From Bacteroidota bacterium (lineage in GTDB: Bacteria > Bacteroidota > Bacteroidia > AKYH767-A > 2013-40CM-41-45), in assembly GCA_043721935.1 (NCBI GenBank), contig JAYSPU010000067.1, positions 1-34,134 on the forward strand: a stretch of DNA of 34,134 nucleotides, in the 5' to 3' direction. Positions within the stretch are counted from its first letter, which is position 1, and each line of letters opens with the position of its first letter. The notes beneath the pieces were generated by a model. The model did not search any database. It saw only the letters and a list, made by a program, of their open reading frames with translations, and was not told the DNA's origin. Both the position numbers and the translations under genes were made by a program. Below are positions 17,629 to 25,974 of the stretch, piece after piece.

Positions 17629-17687
17629 CAACTGCCAACTGATCAACCGTCAACTGCCCAACTGCCAACTAACCAACTGCCAACTAA
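17629..17687 (+). repeat. CAACTG-type tandem repeat with alternating 7- and 8-bp units (15-bp higher period)
   Basis: caactgc caactgat caaccgt caactgcc caactgc caactaac caactgc caactaa. Confidence 0.85.
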
Positions 17688-17752
17688 TATTCCAAAATCG
17701 TCTATATTTATTTACCTTTAACATCAGTTAAAAACTAGCCATCCTCATATCT

Positions 17753-19597
17753 ATGGAACGTAAGACCGAAGTATTGGATAACGTTATTATCAAATTTGCA
17801 GGTGACTCAGGTGACGGTATGCAATTAACCGGCACTCAATTCACCAACACAGCTGCATTATTTGGAAACGACCTGAGTACTTTTCCTGATTTTCCTGCGG
17901 AGATTCGTGCTCCTCAAGGAACCCTTGCCGGTGTATCCGGTTATCAATTGCATTTTGGCAGCGTGGAGATTTATACTCCAGGCGATTTCTGCGACGTATT
18001 AGTCGTGATGAATGCCGCTGCGCTCAAAGCGAATATTCGCTTCCTGAGAAAGAGCGGGACAATCATTGTTAATACAGATGGATTTGATCCAAAGAATTTG
18101 CGTTTGGCAAATATTCCTGAAGCTCAGAATCCACTCGAAGACGGATCGCTTGATCTGTTTAAAGTCATCCGAATGGATGTAACTAAAATGACTCGTGCAG
18201 CTTTGTCAGAGTCAGGTTTAGGAGTGAAGGAAATTGATCGCTCTAAAAACATGTTCGTGTTAGGATTCCTTTATTGGATGTACAACCGGACCATGGATCA
18301 TACATTGAAATTCCTGGATGAAAAATTCGGGAAGAAGCCGGATATTTTAAAAGCGAATGTGGATGTTTTAAAAGCCGGTTATCACTACGGTGAAACCAGC
18401 GAGGAATTCGGCGAGCGATACATGATTAATCCGGCGAAAATTGCTCCCGGTGTTTATCGAAACATCATGGGTAATCAAGCAGTAGCATTAGGACTCATAG
18501 CCGCTTCGCAAAAATCCGGTTTGCAATTATTTTATGGTACATATCCGATCACTCCTGCTTCCGATATTTTACATGAGTTGTCTAAACAGAAAAATTTCGG
18601 TGTAAAAACCTTTCAAGCAGAAGATGAAATTGCAGCGATCAGTTCTTCAATAGGCGCAAGCTTTGGAGGTTCGCTCGGAGTTACTGCATCATCAGGTCCC
18701 GGTATAGCTTTGAAAGCTGAAGCGATGGGCTTGGCGTTGATGTTGGAACTTCCACTCGTCATCATCAATGTTCAACGCGGAGGACCGTCAACAGGCTTAC
18801 CAACAAAAACGGAACAAAGCGATTTGTTACAAGCAGTATACGGTCGTAACGGTGAAGCACCGATTCCGGTGATTGCAGCATGTACACCATCCGATTGTTT
18901 TGCAATGGCATACGAAGCATGCAGGTTAGCAATTGAATTTATGACTCCGGTTATTTTACTGACCGATGGCTACATTGCAAATGGTGCTGAGCCATGGATG
19001 TTCCCAAAAGCATCTGAACTTGCTGACATTAAAGTAGAATATGCGAAGACGCCTCAGGGAGATGAGAAGTTTCTCCCGTACAAACGAGATGAAAAACTGT
19101 CCCGACCTTGGGCTATTCCCGGAACTAAGGGACTTGAGCATCGCATCGGTGGATTAGAAAAGCAACACGAAACAGGAAACATCAGTTACGATTCACAGAA
19201 TCATGAATTCATGGTTCACATGCGTGAAGCAAAAGTTGAGAGGATTGCCGATTACATTCCACTTCAAACAGTAGAAGTTGGAACTGAAAAAGGAAAACTA
19301 CTGATACTTGGTTGGGGATCTACATTTGGCGCAATCAAGAAAGCTGTACTTTCTGCAAGAGAAGAAGGGTATGATGTTTCACACATTCAATTGCGTCACA
19401 TTCGTCCATTCCCGAAAAATCTTGGCGAATTACTTTACAGTTATGATAAAGTAATAATTCCTGAGATGAACAGCGGTCAGCTGATTAAAATGATTCGCGA
19501 TAAATTTTTAATTCCTGCAGAAGGATTAAATAAAGTTCAGGGAATGCCATTTAATGCAGAAGAAATCTATAACAAGATCGTTGAAGTATTAAAATAA
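17753..19597 (+). CDS. korA: 2-oxoacid:ferredoxin oxidoreductase alpha subunit (gamma-alpha fused type)
   Basis: AGDSGDGMQ, AEIRAP, GTYPITPAS, QAEDEIAA, SSGPG, QRGGPSTGLPT and EMNSGQ motifs. Substrate specificity cannot be determined by eye. Confidence 0.92.
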   Translation: MERKTEVLDNVIIKFAGDSGDGMQLTGTQFTNTAALFGNDLSTFPDFPAEIRAPQGTLAGVSGYQLHFGSVEIYTPGDFCDVLVVMNAAALKANIRFLRKSGTIIVNTDGFDPKNLRLANIPEAQNPLEDGSLDLFKVIRMDVTKMTRAALSESGLGVKEIDRSKNMFVLGFLYWMYNRTMDHTLKFLDEKFGKKPDILKANVDVLKAGYHYGETSEEFGERYMINPAKIAPGVYRNIMGNQAVALGLIAASQKSGLQLFYGTYPITPASDILHELSKQKNFGVKTFQAEDEIAAISSSIGASFGGSLGVTASSGPGIALKAEAMGLALMLELPLVIINVQRGGPSTGLPTKTEQSDLLQAVYGRNGEAPIPVIAACTPSDCFAMAYEACRLAIEFMTPVILLTDGYIANGAEPWMFPKASELADIKVEYAKTPQGDEKFLPYKRDEKLSRPWAIPGTKGLEHRIGGLEKQHETGNISYDSQNHEFMVHMREAKVERIADYIPLQTVEVGTEKGKLLILGWGSTFGAIKKAVLSAREEGYDVSHIQLRHIRPFPKNLGELLYSYDKVIIPEMNSGQLIKMIRDKFLIPAEGLNKVQGMPFNAEEIYNKIVEVLK

Positions 19598-19625
19598 ATA
19601 ACCTTCACTCAAATTCTATTTCCTC

Positions 19626-20651
19626 ATGGAACCAATCATAGAAAAATTCACCAGTAAAGAACTCGTAACCGATCAGGATGTCCGGTGGTGTCCGGGTTGC
19701 GGCGACTATTCAATTTTGAAACAAGTGCAGACGGTTATGCCGGATCTTGGTATTGCCAGAGAAAACATTGTTTTCATTTCCGGAATTGGTTGCTCATCAC
19801 GTTTTCCATATTACATGGAAACTTTTGGTATGCATTCTATTCATGGTCGTGCAACGGCAATTGCAAGCGGATTAAAAGCTTCCCGTCCTGAATTATCCGT
19901 ATGGATAGTAACCGGAGACGGTGATGCATTATCCATAGGTGGCAATCATACGATTCACATGTTACGCCGTAATTTCAATGTAAACATTTTGCTTTTCAAC
20001 AATGAAATTTACGGATTAACAAAAGGACAATATTCTCCAACATCGGAAGAAGGTAAAGTAACCAAGTCCACGCCGATGGGATCTGTTGATCATCCTTTCA
20101 ATCCGATTGCATTGTGTATGGGAGCTGATGCAACTTTCGTAGCGCGTTCAATGGATCGTGATCCTAAACATTTGCAAGCAATTCTTCGTCGTGCAAATGA
20201 TCACAAAGGAACATCCTTCGTTGAGATTTATCAGAATTGCAATGTCTTCAACGATGGAGCATTTGAAGTTTTCACTGAGAAGTCATCGAAGAAAAACGAA
20301 ACGCTCTTCATGGAAAGCGGCAAGCCTTTGATTTTCGGAGATAATAATGACAAGGGAATTCGTCTCGACGGATTTACACCAGTCGTGGTTGATCTTACTA
20401 ATGGTGCTTCTGCAAATGACCTGTGGATTCACGACGAAACAGACAGAGTGAAAGCAGGAATTTTATCACGCTTCTTTGATAATCCGAAAATTGAAAATCA
20501 TTTGCCACGTCCATTCGGTTTGTTCTATGTGGAAAATCGTTTTTGTTACGAAGACAAAATGGCTCAACAAATCGTTGACTCAAAAGCAAAAAAAGGAAGT
20601 GGTAACCTCGACGCATTATTGAGTGGCAAAGAAATCTGGACGATTAATTAA
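19626..20651 (+). CDS. korB: 2-oxoacid:ferredoxin oxidoreductase beta subunit
   Basis: WCPGCGD, SGIGCSS, IHGRA, the TPP motif GDGD...NN and YGLTKGQYSPT. Confidence 0.93.
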   Translation: MEPIIEKFTSKELVTDQDVRWCPGCGDYSILKQVQTVMPDLGIARENIVFISGIGCSSRFPYYMETFGMHSIHGRATAIASGLKASRPELSVWIVTGDGDALSIGGNHTIHMLRRNFNVNILLFNNEIYGLTKGQYSPTSEEGKVTKSTPMGSVDHPFNPIALCMGADATFVARSMDRDPKHLQAILRRANDHKGTSFVEIYQNCNVFNDGAFEVFTEKSSKKNETLFMESGKPLIFGDNNDKGIRLDGFTPVVVDLTNGASANDLWIHDETDRVKAGILSRFFDNPKIENHLPRPFGLFYVENRFCYEDKMAQQIVDSKAKKGSGNLDALLSGKEIWTIN

Positions 20652-20701
20652 ATGATTATTCTGTATTCAGTACTTAGTACTGAATACAGAATAATCATTT
20701 A
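20649..20701. repeat. Perfect 53-bp palindrome between convergent genes, probable bidirectional terminator or REP-like element
   Basis: TAAATGATTATTCTGTATTCAGTAC-TTA-GTACTGAATACAGAATAATCATTTA. It includes the korB stop (20649-20651) and the stop of the DCC1-like gene (20695-20697). Confidence 0.88.
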
Positions 20702-21078
20702 CTACCGGCATCTATCCTGCACGTTTTTCTTTTTCCGAACCATTTGTATCTTTTTTTCGAAACATAGTCATACAGTTTATCTCTCAAACTTTTAGGCAGA
20801 ATAGAAAAAGCATAAAGCCATCGATATGGTAAAGGAAGTTGTTGAATAATTTGAAGAACAGCTTCGGACTTTTCGTAAAAATCTTTTTCTATTAATAAAT
20901 AAATTGTATCGGGAAATTTTTCATCATGCGTAATCGCATGTTCCTTTATAATGTTTATTCCTTCAGGCTGTTGAAGAGAAATAAATATAAATTTCTTGTG
21001 GCGATCTTTCTTGATGAGCCAATCTACAATTCCATTACAAAGATTGCAGTAGCCATCGAAGAGAATGATGTATTGCAT
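20695..21078 (-). CDS. DCC1-like thiol-disulfide oxidoreductase family protein (DUF393)
   Basis: N-terminal FDGYCNLC (DxxCxxC), FISLQ, KSEA and LRDKLYDYVSKKRYKWFG...C. Confidence 0.88.
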   Translation of the reverse strand: MQYIILFDGYCNLCNGIVDWLIKKDRHKKFIFISLQQPEGINIIKEHAITHDEKFPDTIYLLIEKDFYEKSEAVLQIIQQLPLPYRWLYAFSILPKSLRDKLYDYVSKKRYKWFGKRKTCRIDAGSK

Positions 21079-21096
21079 TTTCGGTTGAGTAGGAAT

Positions 21097-21213
21097 TAGA
21101 CTGTATTCAGTATTCTGAAGGTCGTGAAAAGATTAAATACTAGTACAAAGCACCTAAAAATTAATATATAATTCAACTCCTAATACCTGATAAAGTATAC
21201 TGAGTACAGACTA
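21097..21213. repeat. 17-bp imperfect inverted repeat pair bracketing the intergenic region
   Basis: TAGACTGTATTCAGTAT (21097-21113) and ATACTGAGTACAGACTA (21197-21213) are 15/17 complementary. They share the CTGTATTCAGTA core with the palindrome at 20649. Confidence 0.65.
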
Positions 21214-21221
21214 CAGTCTTC

Positions 21222-21794
21222 CTAGAAATGGTATGCAGCTCCCAATGTCAGATAAGCTACTCCATATCCAAGTTCTCCATATACGCCCCAGTTTTCACTG
21301 AAATAGTAACGGGTACCAAGATAGATAGAAGGGAAAAAGCGATTGGAGCCGCCTAAGCCAAGTGGAGTATAAACACCTGGATTATTGCTTTTATAAGAGG
21401 AGTTGTAAAAATTAAAAGACAGCATTAAGCCGCCGTAAACATCCAGATTTTTCATGTCCAATCCGTGGTAGTGATAAGCACTTCTGATTCCTAAAACAGT
21501 GTAGGAAGAATTATAGTCATATTTGTAAGTAAAATATGACGTTGAATAGCTGTATGATTGATAGCCTAAATATCCACCTAAGCTTATTGTACCCGGACCG
21601 TCAACATCCCAGTTTCCATGCTCAAATTGAAAGGCAAATCCCGGACTGGCTGATCCAAGTCCTGAGCCTAAGGCAGTTCCGAATCCGATTCCGACAGATG
21701 CAACATTGTCTCCATTCTTTAATTGTTGTGCAGGTGAAGCGAATGCTATAATTGCAAAAAGTAAGGTCAGGGTTAGAACTTTAATGGTTTTCAT
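21222..21794 (-). CDS. Outer-membrane beta-barrel protein (8-stranded type), function unknown
   Basis: Signal peptide ending ASPA-Q, alternating Gly/aromatic strands, and C-terminal LTLGAAYHF with terminal Phe. Confidence 0.8.
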   Translation of the reverse strand: MKTIKVLTLTLLFAIIAFASPAQQLKNGDNVASVGIGFGTALGSGLGSASPGFAFQFEHGNWDVDGPGTISLGGYLGYQSYSYSTSYFTYKYDYNSSYTVLGIRSAYHYHGLDMKNLDVYGGLMLSFNFYNSSYKSNNPGVYTPLGLGGSNRFFPSIYLGTRYYFSENWGVYGELGYGVAYLTLGAAYHF

Positions 21795-21809
21795 AGTGAT
21801 GATTTTTTA

Positions 21810-21817
21810 CAAATTTA
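21810..21817 (-). promoter_or_regulatory. -7 promoter element TAAATTTG for the beta-barrel gene
   Basis: caaattta on the + strand, ending 16 nt upstream of the ATG at 21794. Confidence 0.5.
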
Positions 21818-21870
21818 AATTAGTTTTTTGTTTAAAAGTATGCCGTTGTTTTCATTTATAAACAGTCGGG

Positions 21871-21959
21871 CGTTAGTCAGTTTGTCAGTTGATTAGTTGC
21901 CGGTGAATCAGTTGTCATATTAGCTGTCAGTTATTCAGTTGTCAGTTCAACTGTTGTCA
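21871..21959 (-). repeat. Degenerate CAACTG-type tandem repeat on the minus strand
   Basis: Minus strand reads gacaacagttgaactgacaactgaataactgacagctaatatgacaactgattcaccggcaactaatcaactgacaaactgactaacg. Same family as 17629-17687. Confidence 0.7.
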
Positions 21960-22019
21960 CGGTAGATTTCTTGTAATTTTTTTTTCTTAGACATTGTTAA
22001 GCACCAGCAATCTATTAAT

Positions 22020-23702
22020 CTATCGCCCAAGATATTTCCCGACAATCGGCATCCTCCGTCCTGGTCCGAATGACTTGGAAGAAATGCGTAGTACGGGTGG
22101 CGTTTGGTAGCGTTTGTATTCGTTAGTGTTCACCAACTTTAAAACTCTTTGAACCAATGCAGGGTCAAATCCTTCGGCAATAATTTCCGTCGGGCCAAGT
22201 CTCTTTTCAATGTATAGAAATAAAATTCGGTCCAGTTGATTGTAGTCCGGTAGTGAATCGGAGTCTTTTTGTCCGGGTCGTAATTCTGCAGATGGAGGTT
22301 TAGAAATAATTTCAAGAGGAATAACTACTCCGTCACGATTTAAAAATTGAGTCAGCGCATACACCTGTGTTTTGTAAACATCACCAATTACAGATATTCC
22401 TCCACACATATCACCATATAAGGTTCCGTATCCGACAGCCATTTCGCTTTTGTTAGAGGTGTTCAGTAAAATATATCCAAACTTATTTGACTCAGCCATT
22501 AATAAGGAGCCACGAATTCTTGCTTGTATATTTTCTTCAGCAACCGAAAAAGGCAGGTCTTTGAAAACTGGCTTTAATGTTTGCAGATATTGATTGTAAA
22601 TTTCTTTTATGGAAATAATATCATGCGTGATGCCCAGATTTTTTACCAGTTCAAGAGAGTCGTCAATGGATCCCTGAGAAGAAAACTCTGACGGCATCAG
22701 TATGACATGAACATTTTCTTTTCCTAATGCATGAACTGCCAATGTAGTTACTAATGCAGAGTCAATACCTCCTGACAATCCAATGATTGCTTTTTTGAAG
22801 TTTGCTTTTTTGAAATAATCACTGATTCCTAAAATCAATGCATGATAAATATTTTCTAAGGACTTTGTGTCGACTGAAAATTGATCCTCTGCGCTTGTTT
22901 GATTCAAAGGCTGCGGAATGGACGCTGCAATCAAATCACCTTTGTGTTCATCGAATTCAAGTATGGTAAAATCTTCTGCAAAATAATTTGCTTCAGCAAC
23001 AACTAATCCGTTTTTATTTATAGCGACTGAACCACCGTCAAAGATGAGTTCAGTTTGTGCGCCAACATGATTTACATAGATCAGTGGAAGTTTATAATTG
23101 GAAACATTTTCTTTCAGCACAGCTTTTCTTTCTTCTGCATGTGCATAATCAAATGGCGATGCTGCAATATTGATCATTAATGTCGGAGCAGATTGGATGA
23201 GCGTATCCATCGGACAAGCAACATACATTGGATCATCTTCAACATTCCATAAGTCTTCGCAGATTGTCAGTGCTATTTTTTGTCCGCCGACATTTATGCA
23301 ATGAAAAAATTTTCCGGGTTCAAAATAACGGTACTCGTCAAAAATGTCATAATTGGGAAGTAATGCTTTGTGAACTTCATCCACAATTTTTCCTTCAGAT
23401 AAAACAAGAGCGGCATTGAAAAGATTTTTTCCTTCAATGCGTGGATTCACAACAGGGCAGCCTACGATTGCAACTATTCCTTTGCAACTTGATGCGATTT
23501 CCAACGCGGCATTTTTACACTTTTGAATAAAATCGTCAAATTCCAGAAAATCTCCCGGTGGATATCCACTGATGCATAATTCAGAAAAGAGAATAAGGTT
23601 TGTCTGAAGCGCTATGGCTTTATCAATGGCTTCTTTTATTTTTTTTACGTTGGCTTCAAAATCTCCAATCGTATAATTAAGTTGAGCAAGAGCTATGCGC
23701 AT
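22020..23702 (-). CDS. nadE: Glutamine-dependent NAD+ synthetase
   Basis: Nitrilase-like domain (SELCISGYPP, KALLPNYDIFDE, ICEDLW) plus synthetase domain (GLSGGIDS, ENIQARIR, NKSE, GYGTLYGD, PPSAELRPGQKD). Confidence 0.96.
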   Translation of the reverse strand: MRIALAQLNYTIGDFEANVKKIKEAIDKAIALQTNLILFSELCISGYPPGDFLEFDDFIQKCKNAALEIASSCKGIVAIVGCPVVNPRIEGKNLFNAALVLSEGKIVDEVHKALLPNYDIFDEYRYFEPGKFFHCINVGGQKIALTICEDLWNVEDDPMYVACPMDTLIQSAPTLMINIAASPFDYAHAEERKAVLKENVSNYKLPLIYVNHVGAQTELIFDGGSVAINKNGLVVAEANYFAEDFTILEFDEHKGDLIAASIPQPLNQTSAEDQFSVDTKSLENIYHALILGISDYFKKANFKKAIIGLSGGIDSALVTTLAVHALGKENVHVILMPSEFSSQGSIDDSLELVKNLGITHDIISIKEIYNQYLQTLKPVFKDLPFSVAEENIQARIRGSLLMAESNKFGYILLNTSNKSEMAVGYGTLYGDMCGGISVIGDVYKTQVYALTQFLNRDGVVIPLEIISKPPSAELRPGQKDSDSLPDYNQLDRILFLYIEKRLGPTEIIAEGFDPALVQRVLKLVNTNEYKRYQTPPVLRISSKSFGPGRRMPIVGKYLGR

Positions 23703-23733
23703 AAAAAATCCCGGCTGTTTTTTGCAGCCGGGA
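23703..23733 (-). terminator. Terminator-like hairpin with a T6 tract directly abutting the nadE start codon
   Basis: Minus strand reads TCCCGGCTG-CAAAAAA-CAGCCGGGA-TTTTTT-ATG. Confidence 0.7.
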
Positions 23734-23741
23734 CAAAGTTA
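23734..23741 (-). promoter_or_regulatory. -7 promoter element TAACTTTG for nadE
   Basis: caaagtta on the + strand, immediately upstream of the hairpin. Confidence 0.55.
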
Positions 23742-23752
23742 CATCAAATGTC

Positions 23753-24466
23753 TTAGAATAAAATGCCTAATGTGAGGGCTAAAAAGTTACTGTTTGCTTT
23801 CAGATTATTGCCATCATATACATCCATAAAACCATTATTGAATTGTATTCCCATCAATAGAACCGTTGAGCCGCTCAGCGTGTATTCAACACCGCCACCA
23901 ATAACCATGGAAAGATTCAATGTGTTGATGTCTTTTTTAATGTCCACATTATTTTCTTCTGAAGACGGATTCTGTATTAGTTGACCGGCATTGTTTGTTT
24001 CTTGGGTGATTTTAGTATTAGCTCGGGAGCGTATGTTTATTCCCGGTGCAATACCGGCTTGCAAATAGTATGTTAAATACCCGATTTCGTTCGTTTTTAA
24101 TTTAATCGTAAGTGGAATTTCTATGTACTGCATGCTTAAAGACGATTGAGTAGAAGTGGTGATGGTAGAATCGCCACCTGAAATATTAGTTCTTTTATCT
24201 ACAATCAATGATTTTAACTTTCCCCCACGATAAGATATGTCAAGTCCTGTTGCAAATGAATACCGCTCAGCAAAGCCAAATTCTGTGATAAGTCCATACG
24301 TGAAGCCGAATTTTGAGCCATTGCTTTCATAGTCTTTGCTATCCGTGCGTAACCAGGCAAGGGATGGTGATGCTTTCAAGCCAAAGTGAACATCTGATCC
24401 GCCGGATTGAGAAAATGCTGCCCATGAGGCCATTACAAATAAGAGGGTGGAGAATATTTTTTTCAT
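23753..24466 (-). CDS. PorT-like / porin-family outer-membrane beta-barrel protein
   Basis: Signal peptide, FGLKASP, YIEIPLTIKLKT, amphipathic strands and C-terminal LTLGILF. Confidence 0.78.
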   Translation of the reverse strand: MKKIFSTLLFVMASWAAFSQSGGSDVHFGLKASPSLAWLRTDSKDYESNGSKFGFTYGLITEFGFAERYSFATGLDISYRGGKLKSLIVDKRTNISGGDSTITTSTQSSLSMQYIEIPLTIKLKTNEIGYLTYYLQAGIAPGINIRSRANTKITQETNNAGQLIQNPSSEENNVDIKKDINTLNLSMVIGGGVEYTLSGSTVLLMGIQFNNGFMDVYDGNNLKANSNFLALTLGILF

Positions 24467-24522
24467 GTTTTCTGGTTTTTCTGTTTTTCTGCAATGGTTA
24501 ATCTATACTTTTGCAGCCTACA

Positions 24523-25557
24523 ATGATACGCATAAATTTCCCTCTTCAGGTGGCACAATGGACATTGGTTTTATACAGTGCTTTGTTGATTACCTCGTGT
24601 ACTTCAGACAAGCCTTCTGTAACTAACATTAATGTAGACTTGAAAGTTCAGCGCTTTGAGCAAGATTTGTTCAATATGGATACACTTCATCCGGACCGAT
24701 CGATAGAAAAGTTGCAAGCCAAATACAATGATTTTTTTAATCTGTTTGCTTTTCAGGTTACAACATTAGGTAGTCGCGATTCTGCCATTATGATCGATCA
24801 TTTTTTAAATTTTGTGACCGATACTAATTTTCGAGCTATTTATAAGGACTGTAATGAACGGTTCGGAAACTTTGACATGTACAAGAATGAATTAACAGAT
24901 GCCTTTCGATACTACAAATTCTATTTCCCCGACAAAGCTATTCCGCAAATTGTGACCTTGATATCTGCGTTTTCATATCCTGTAGTTTGTGATTCAACTA
25001 CATTAGGAATATCACTCGATATGTACATGGGTTCTTCATATAAATATTACAACACGCTGGAACCTGCATTGCCAAATTATATTCGCTCGAAAATGGATCC
25101 TGCCTATCTTGTCAGTGATGCTGTGAAAGGTTGGTTGATGAGCGATTATGAACTCGATGCACCGGATGCGAAAGTGGTGGACAGGATGATTTCGCAAGGA
25201 AGAATTTTATGTTTGTTAGAAAAATTGCTTCCGGAAACTCCCGATAGTATCAGAACCGGTTACTCAACAGAGCAATTGAATTGGTGCAAAGAAAATGAAA
25301 AGAAAATATGGACGTTTTTCATTGATAATAAACTATTGTTTTCAACTGATCCGAACATCATTAGCAAATATGTCAGTGAAGGTCCAACCACTAATGGTTT
25401 TCCAAAGGAAGCACCTGGAAATATTGGTCAGTATCTCGGTTGGCAAATTGTAAAATCATATCTGCAAAATAACAAAGATGTAACGATGGAGCAGTTGATG
25501 ATGGAAGAAAATGCAGGCCGCATTTTTTCATTATCGAAATACAAACCAAAAAAGTAA
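24523..25557 (+). CDS. gldB: Gliding motility lipoprotein GldB
   Basis: Lipobox LITSC, RFEQDLF, ISLDMYMG, QLNWCKENE and PGNIGQYLGWQIVKSY; directly upstream of gldC. The ATG at 24523 follows a -7 element TACTTTTG (24506-24513). Confidence 0.88.
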   Translation: MIRINFPLQVAQWTLVLYSALLITSCTSDKPSVTNINVDLKVQRFEQDLFNMDTLHPDRSIEKLQAKYNDFFNLFAFQVTTLGSRDSAIMIDHFLNFVTDTNFRAIYKDCNERFGNFDMYKNELTDAFRYYKFYFPDKAIPQIVTLISAFSYPVVCDSTTLGISLDMYMGSSYKYYNTLEPALPNYIRSKMDPAYLVSDAVKGWLMSDYELDAPDAKVVDRMISQGRILCLLEKLLPETPDSIRTGYSTEQLNWCKENEKKIWTFFIDNKLLFSTDPNIISKYVSEGPTTNGFPKEAPGNIGQYLGWQIVKSYLQNNKDVTMEQLMMEENAGRIFSLSKYKPKK

Positions 25558-25622
25558 AGCTTGTATTTTTTGTCGTCTACATTTAATTAATAAAAAGAAA
25601 ATAATTTTTAAATATAAATCGA

Positions 25623-25964
25623 ATGGAGTCTTATATAAAATTTAGTGTTAAGCTTGACGAAGAGCGAATTCCGGAAACCATTGGCTGGGAAGCTACAGAT
25701 AGTGGAATGGAAGGAAAGAAAAATGCAGAATCGATAATGGTCAGCATTTGGGATCCCAAAGAAAATACAACATTGCGTATTGACTTATGGACTAAGAAAA
25801 TGATAGTCGATGATATGAAGCGATTTTTTTACGAAAACTTTTCGACTATGGCCGACACATACAATCGTGCTACCAATGACAATGAAGGTTCAAAGATGAT
25901 TAAGGAATTCGCAGAAGAATTTCGTAAAATGACGGCTGAAAAAAACAATCAGAAAAGTCTATAG
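25623..25964 (+). CDS. gldC: Gliding motility protein GldC
   Basis: IKFSVKLDEERIPETIGWEA, SIWD, TLRIDLWTKKM and MADTYNRAT motifs. Confidence 0.92.
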   Translation: MESYIKFSVKLDEERIPETIGWEATDSGMEGKKNAESIMVSIWDPKENTTLRIDLWTKKMIVDDMKRFFYENFSTMADTYNRATNDNEGSKMIKEFAEEFRKMTAEKNNQKSL

Positions 25965-25974
25965 CGGATTACGA

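Noticed and set aside
17507-17687. Possible CRISPR array
   Set aside because: Units are 7-8 bp and contiguous, with no 23-50 bp repeats, no unique spacers and no cas genes.
20661-20689. LexA/SOS box suggested by CTGT...ACAG
   Set aside because: The spacing is 21 nt rather than 8, and the E. coli-type box is not expected in this phylum.
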